Of a stretch of DNA of 64,000 nt, positions 60,861-64,000 are shown piece after piece. The notes under the pieces were generated by a model. It did not search any database. It saw only the letters and a program-made list of their open reading frames with translations, and was not told the origin of the DNA. The stretch lies in the NCBI GenBank assembly GCA_904063045.1, contig CAJFCJ010000005.1:1131988-1195987 (forward strand), in the 5' to 3' direction. The translations under genes were made by a program, and so were the position numbers. The stretch comes from Dimorphilus gyrociliatus (lineage: Eukaryota; Animalia; Annelida). Positions within the stretch are counted from its first letter, which is position 1; each line of letters opens with the position of its first letter.

Positions 60861-63583
60861 CTATGCATTGTCCTTTGCAGATTGCTCTGGAGCTGGAACG
60901 TTTGTTTCATTTGTCTCATTTGTTTCCTCTCCATCTTCTTTAGTTACATCTTCGCTAAATCCGTCAGCAGGTTTTGCTTCTGATGGATCATCAAATATGA
61001 TATCTTCAGGATTAGGAGCCTTAGGTAAAAACTCCTCGGTCTCGCAGATATTTCTAAAGAGTAGACGGGCCTGAAGTGTAATAAATTTTGAAACAACGCT
61101 CTGCTTTTAAACAATGAAAAGTTTACCTTTGAAACACTATCATCCAAATCAAGATTTCCCAAAAGCTCAGAAGTAATGTAAACATTTTTAGGGCATTTTT
61201 CTGAAGTTATCTTTTCGCTTGCGTAATAGCTCTGATTATAGAACAGGGAATAAACAACATTGGGTTTGTCTTCAGATTTCTCAGTTTCAAAATTTAAGAA
61301 ATTATTAGCTATTGGTTGTAAATCTTCTCTTGCTGTCTTATCTCTAGAACAGCTGATGTAGACAACATCTGATGAATTGAGGAAACCATTTAATTTATAT
61401 ATTCATCAATCAACTATAAATACAAACTTAAACCATCAGGACACGCTGCAGCAGCGTAAGGGACTTCAAAAATAGTAATACAATCTTTTGCTGATGATTT
61501 TGGAATATTCATAAGAGTTAGCTAAATGAAATGAACATTTCAGCATAATTTACAAACAAATAAAAAATTTGTCTATACCTCTTCTTGTTTCGATTCTTTG
61601 ATAGATTTATCAGTAATTATCATAGCTCTGGAAACTTCACTACAGGGAAAATTTCAATTTACAGGTAAACTTGAATTAGCAATATTTTTGATATTCTACT
61701 CTCGATATATACCTTCGTTGTATTTTTTCATCAAGAAGACTACGAGAAGCGAATGAATAATTCATAATTATGTGTCTATGGAATATCACAATTTCGTATG
61801 AATTCAAAATCTATATAATAATTTATCGTTACAAACTTGCATTTAATTCGCTGACCAGTTGTATCTATTATACCGATAGCTTGATTTGACTCATCTGTAA
61901 TAATATTCGCGGCAGTTCTTTCTAGACAATAAGTTCCTCCGAAAACGGCACAAAACCTTGACAAACAAAAAATTACTCAAACCTTGTCGCTAAAAAGAAA
62001 TAAACTTTCATGCCTGCAAAATGCCTGCGGTAGTTCCCCAGAACCAAACATTGGCCATAAGAAAGCAGTATTACCGTAGCGTCCAAGCGAACTTACAAAT
62101 TTAACAGTCCTATCCAAACCCTAGTCAAAAGCATAGGTAAGTATTCTATATAGGCTGTCAGAACATTTGTACATACAATTAACGTTGATGTTTCATCGTC
62201 GACCATAGCTATATTGTATTGTATGAAATGCCTTATGTTATCAGGTAATGACTTCGATATTAAAAATTCCCTAAATGGTCTTTCGGAAAAGGCTAAGGAG
62301 AATATTTTCTTTATTACTATGCTATATTAAAATGGAAAGTAATCCTTACAGTTATATTCTTCCGGTTGTTCCTTATATTTTAATGTATTTTGCAAAAATT
62401 TCATAAGAATTCTTTTTTCTGCCATACTGATGTCTTTGCTGCTGAAAACATCTGCTCTAGAGCAAGGAACCTAAAAATTTGAAGTAATGAGAAACTTTCT
62501 TAAATAAACGTAGTGCAGAAGTACCTTTTTTATTTCATTGTCTTGTAAAGTAAGAATTCTAGTGATGGTTTTAAATTCAACATATTTCGCAACATCAGAT
62601 GATATTAGGAGGTCTACCATATCACCACGACAGAATAATAGCTTTTAACAATATTAGCTTTCCATTAGATGTTTTAGATTTAATAAAAAAAAATGTTTTT
62701 ATGTACCCTCGGATTTAAATCGAGATTAAAGTGTCTATCCTGTTTTTCCATCTTCTGTTTGGTCCATAGTTTTTTTGACGTTTTCGAGTCTTCTTTTTTC
62801 ATTTGATTACATGTAGCTTTTTCTGTCACTTTTTCAATATCTTTTTCGCAAGGTTTACCGTCTTTGTCTGAGTCTATAAAATAATTTTGTCCCAGCTATA
62901 TGAAATAATCGCTATTTATTGTAGTTACCAGTGTCTTGAACGCTTGAAGGTTCTCGATTTTCTTTCGGAGAAGATTCAGCATCTAATACACAAAGAATAT
63001 ATAAAGTTAATTTGCTTCCTTGCAAATATAAAGTCTTAAAGAACCTTTATCATCTTGCTCGGTTATTTCTTTCGAATCTTCTTCAGGCTCTTCACTGAAA
63101 TATAGGTCGAAAACAAATTAAATGAAATCAAGTCAGTGTTGTAGAAAATACAAACTCTGGAACGAATATCTGTGATTCATAGTTAGAGAAATTTGGAGAA
63201 TCAATGTTTAACTTGATACATCTCTCTTCCGGAGAGATAAGTTGTTCTGAATCTATAGATTTATCCTCGAGTAGCTTTAAAATGTCAAGAAGAAATATCA
63301 TTTAGTAAATAAGTTTCTTAAAATATGAATTTGTCTATTACTTTTGAACTAAATCGTTCCTGTAGACCTTTGAAAGTGAACGAACCTACATCTGAACCAT
63401 AGTAGCAATTCTTATCCATATGTAGCACCTTATATCCTATTCTGGAGAAGGCAGCAGCTGTTATACTCTCCACCAAACCTTTAGAATTCCAAGAGTGAGT
63501 TTTAAATTAAAAGGCTATTATATGCTGTTACCTGTTCCTAGAATAACTACGTCAAAGTCATCAGGTAACGATGATCCGGCCAT
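60861..63583 (-). CDS. CHM: Rab escort protein (REP1/CHM, GDI superfamily), multi-exon
   Basis: [46 protein letters not shown] and C-terminal [15 protein letters not shown], with an acidic insertion typical of REP rather than GDI. Confidence 0.88.
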
Positions 63584-64000
63584 TTTAGTTTCTATTGAAG
63601 GTAATTATTTAGCTGTTTTGAATTAAACAATCATTTATAGTACAAGGTATTTATTTCGTAATTTTATTGTGGATTATTCATTCTACACTTTCGTGTCTAT
63701 TGACACGTGTGCAAACTGTTTCTCACTTAATTTGATAACGATAATACCTTTATTAATATATTGCCTTATGTAAAGCTCTTGATATCGAAAATGTTGTTTT
63801 AAGGAAGAAATTTAAGTTTTTTCGGGTTACCTATTGTTCAGGACCGAGCATTAGAAATATTGTTCGGTTTACGTGGATCTATCCGGAAAAGGCGGGAAAT
63901 TCAATTTTATTTGATTTCATCTATTATAATATAATGAAAGCTAATTCACATTCCAATCGATAAGCACAGCATGCAGAAAATTCAATTACGCGTTTAGTAA

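Overview
Eukaryotic (animal) nuclear DNA. It is AT-rich and very gene-dense, with about 24 protein-coding genes in 64 kb, mostly 45-65 nt GT-AG introns, and many head-to-head or tail-to-tail gene pairs separated by under 300 bp. This resembles a miniaturised invertebrate genome; a compact lophotrochozoan such as a meiofaunal annelid is an inference, not proven. Genes in order: PfkB/pseudouridine-kinase-like, non-alpha nAChR-like channel, OCIAD1, NHL-like propeller protein, BTB-BACK protein, CPT1-like, LRGUK, orphan class A GPCR, MyoD, PLK1, GH27 alpha-galactosidase/alpha-NAGAL, miniature Treslin-like, CHCHD1, orphan ORF, multi-repeat thymosin beta, TPR, SAND-domain SAMD11-like, adenosine kinase, FIBP, Mis12-like, GFM1, Pin1-type parvulin, KPTN, GCN2 and REP/CHM. 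No prokaryotic features, CRISPR arrays, rRNA, tRNA or intact transposons were recognised. The standout is the GH27 gene (20203-22149). It has two consecutive pairs of duplicated exons (A/B and C/D). A and B carry the alpha-galactosidase and alpha-N-acetylgalactosaminidase specificity residues respectively, the disulfide cysteines co-vary across the pairs (B+D have them, A+C lack them), and one intronic element can base-pair with either an upstream or a downstream partner. Together these suggest one gene making two lysosomal enzymes by RNA-structure-coupled mutually exclusive splicing. This is predicted from sequence only.
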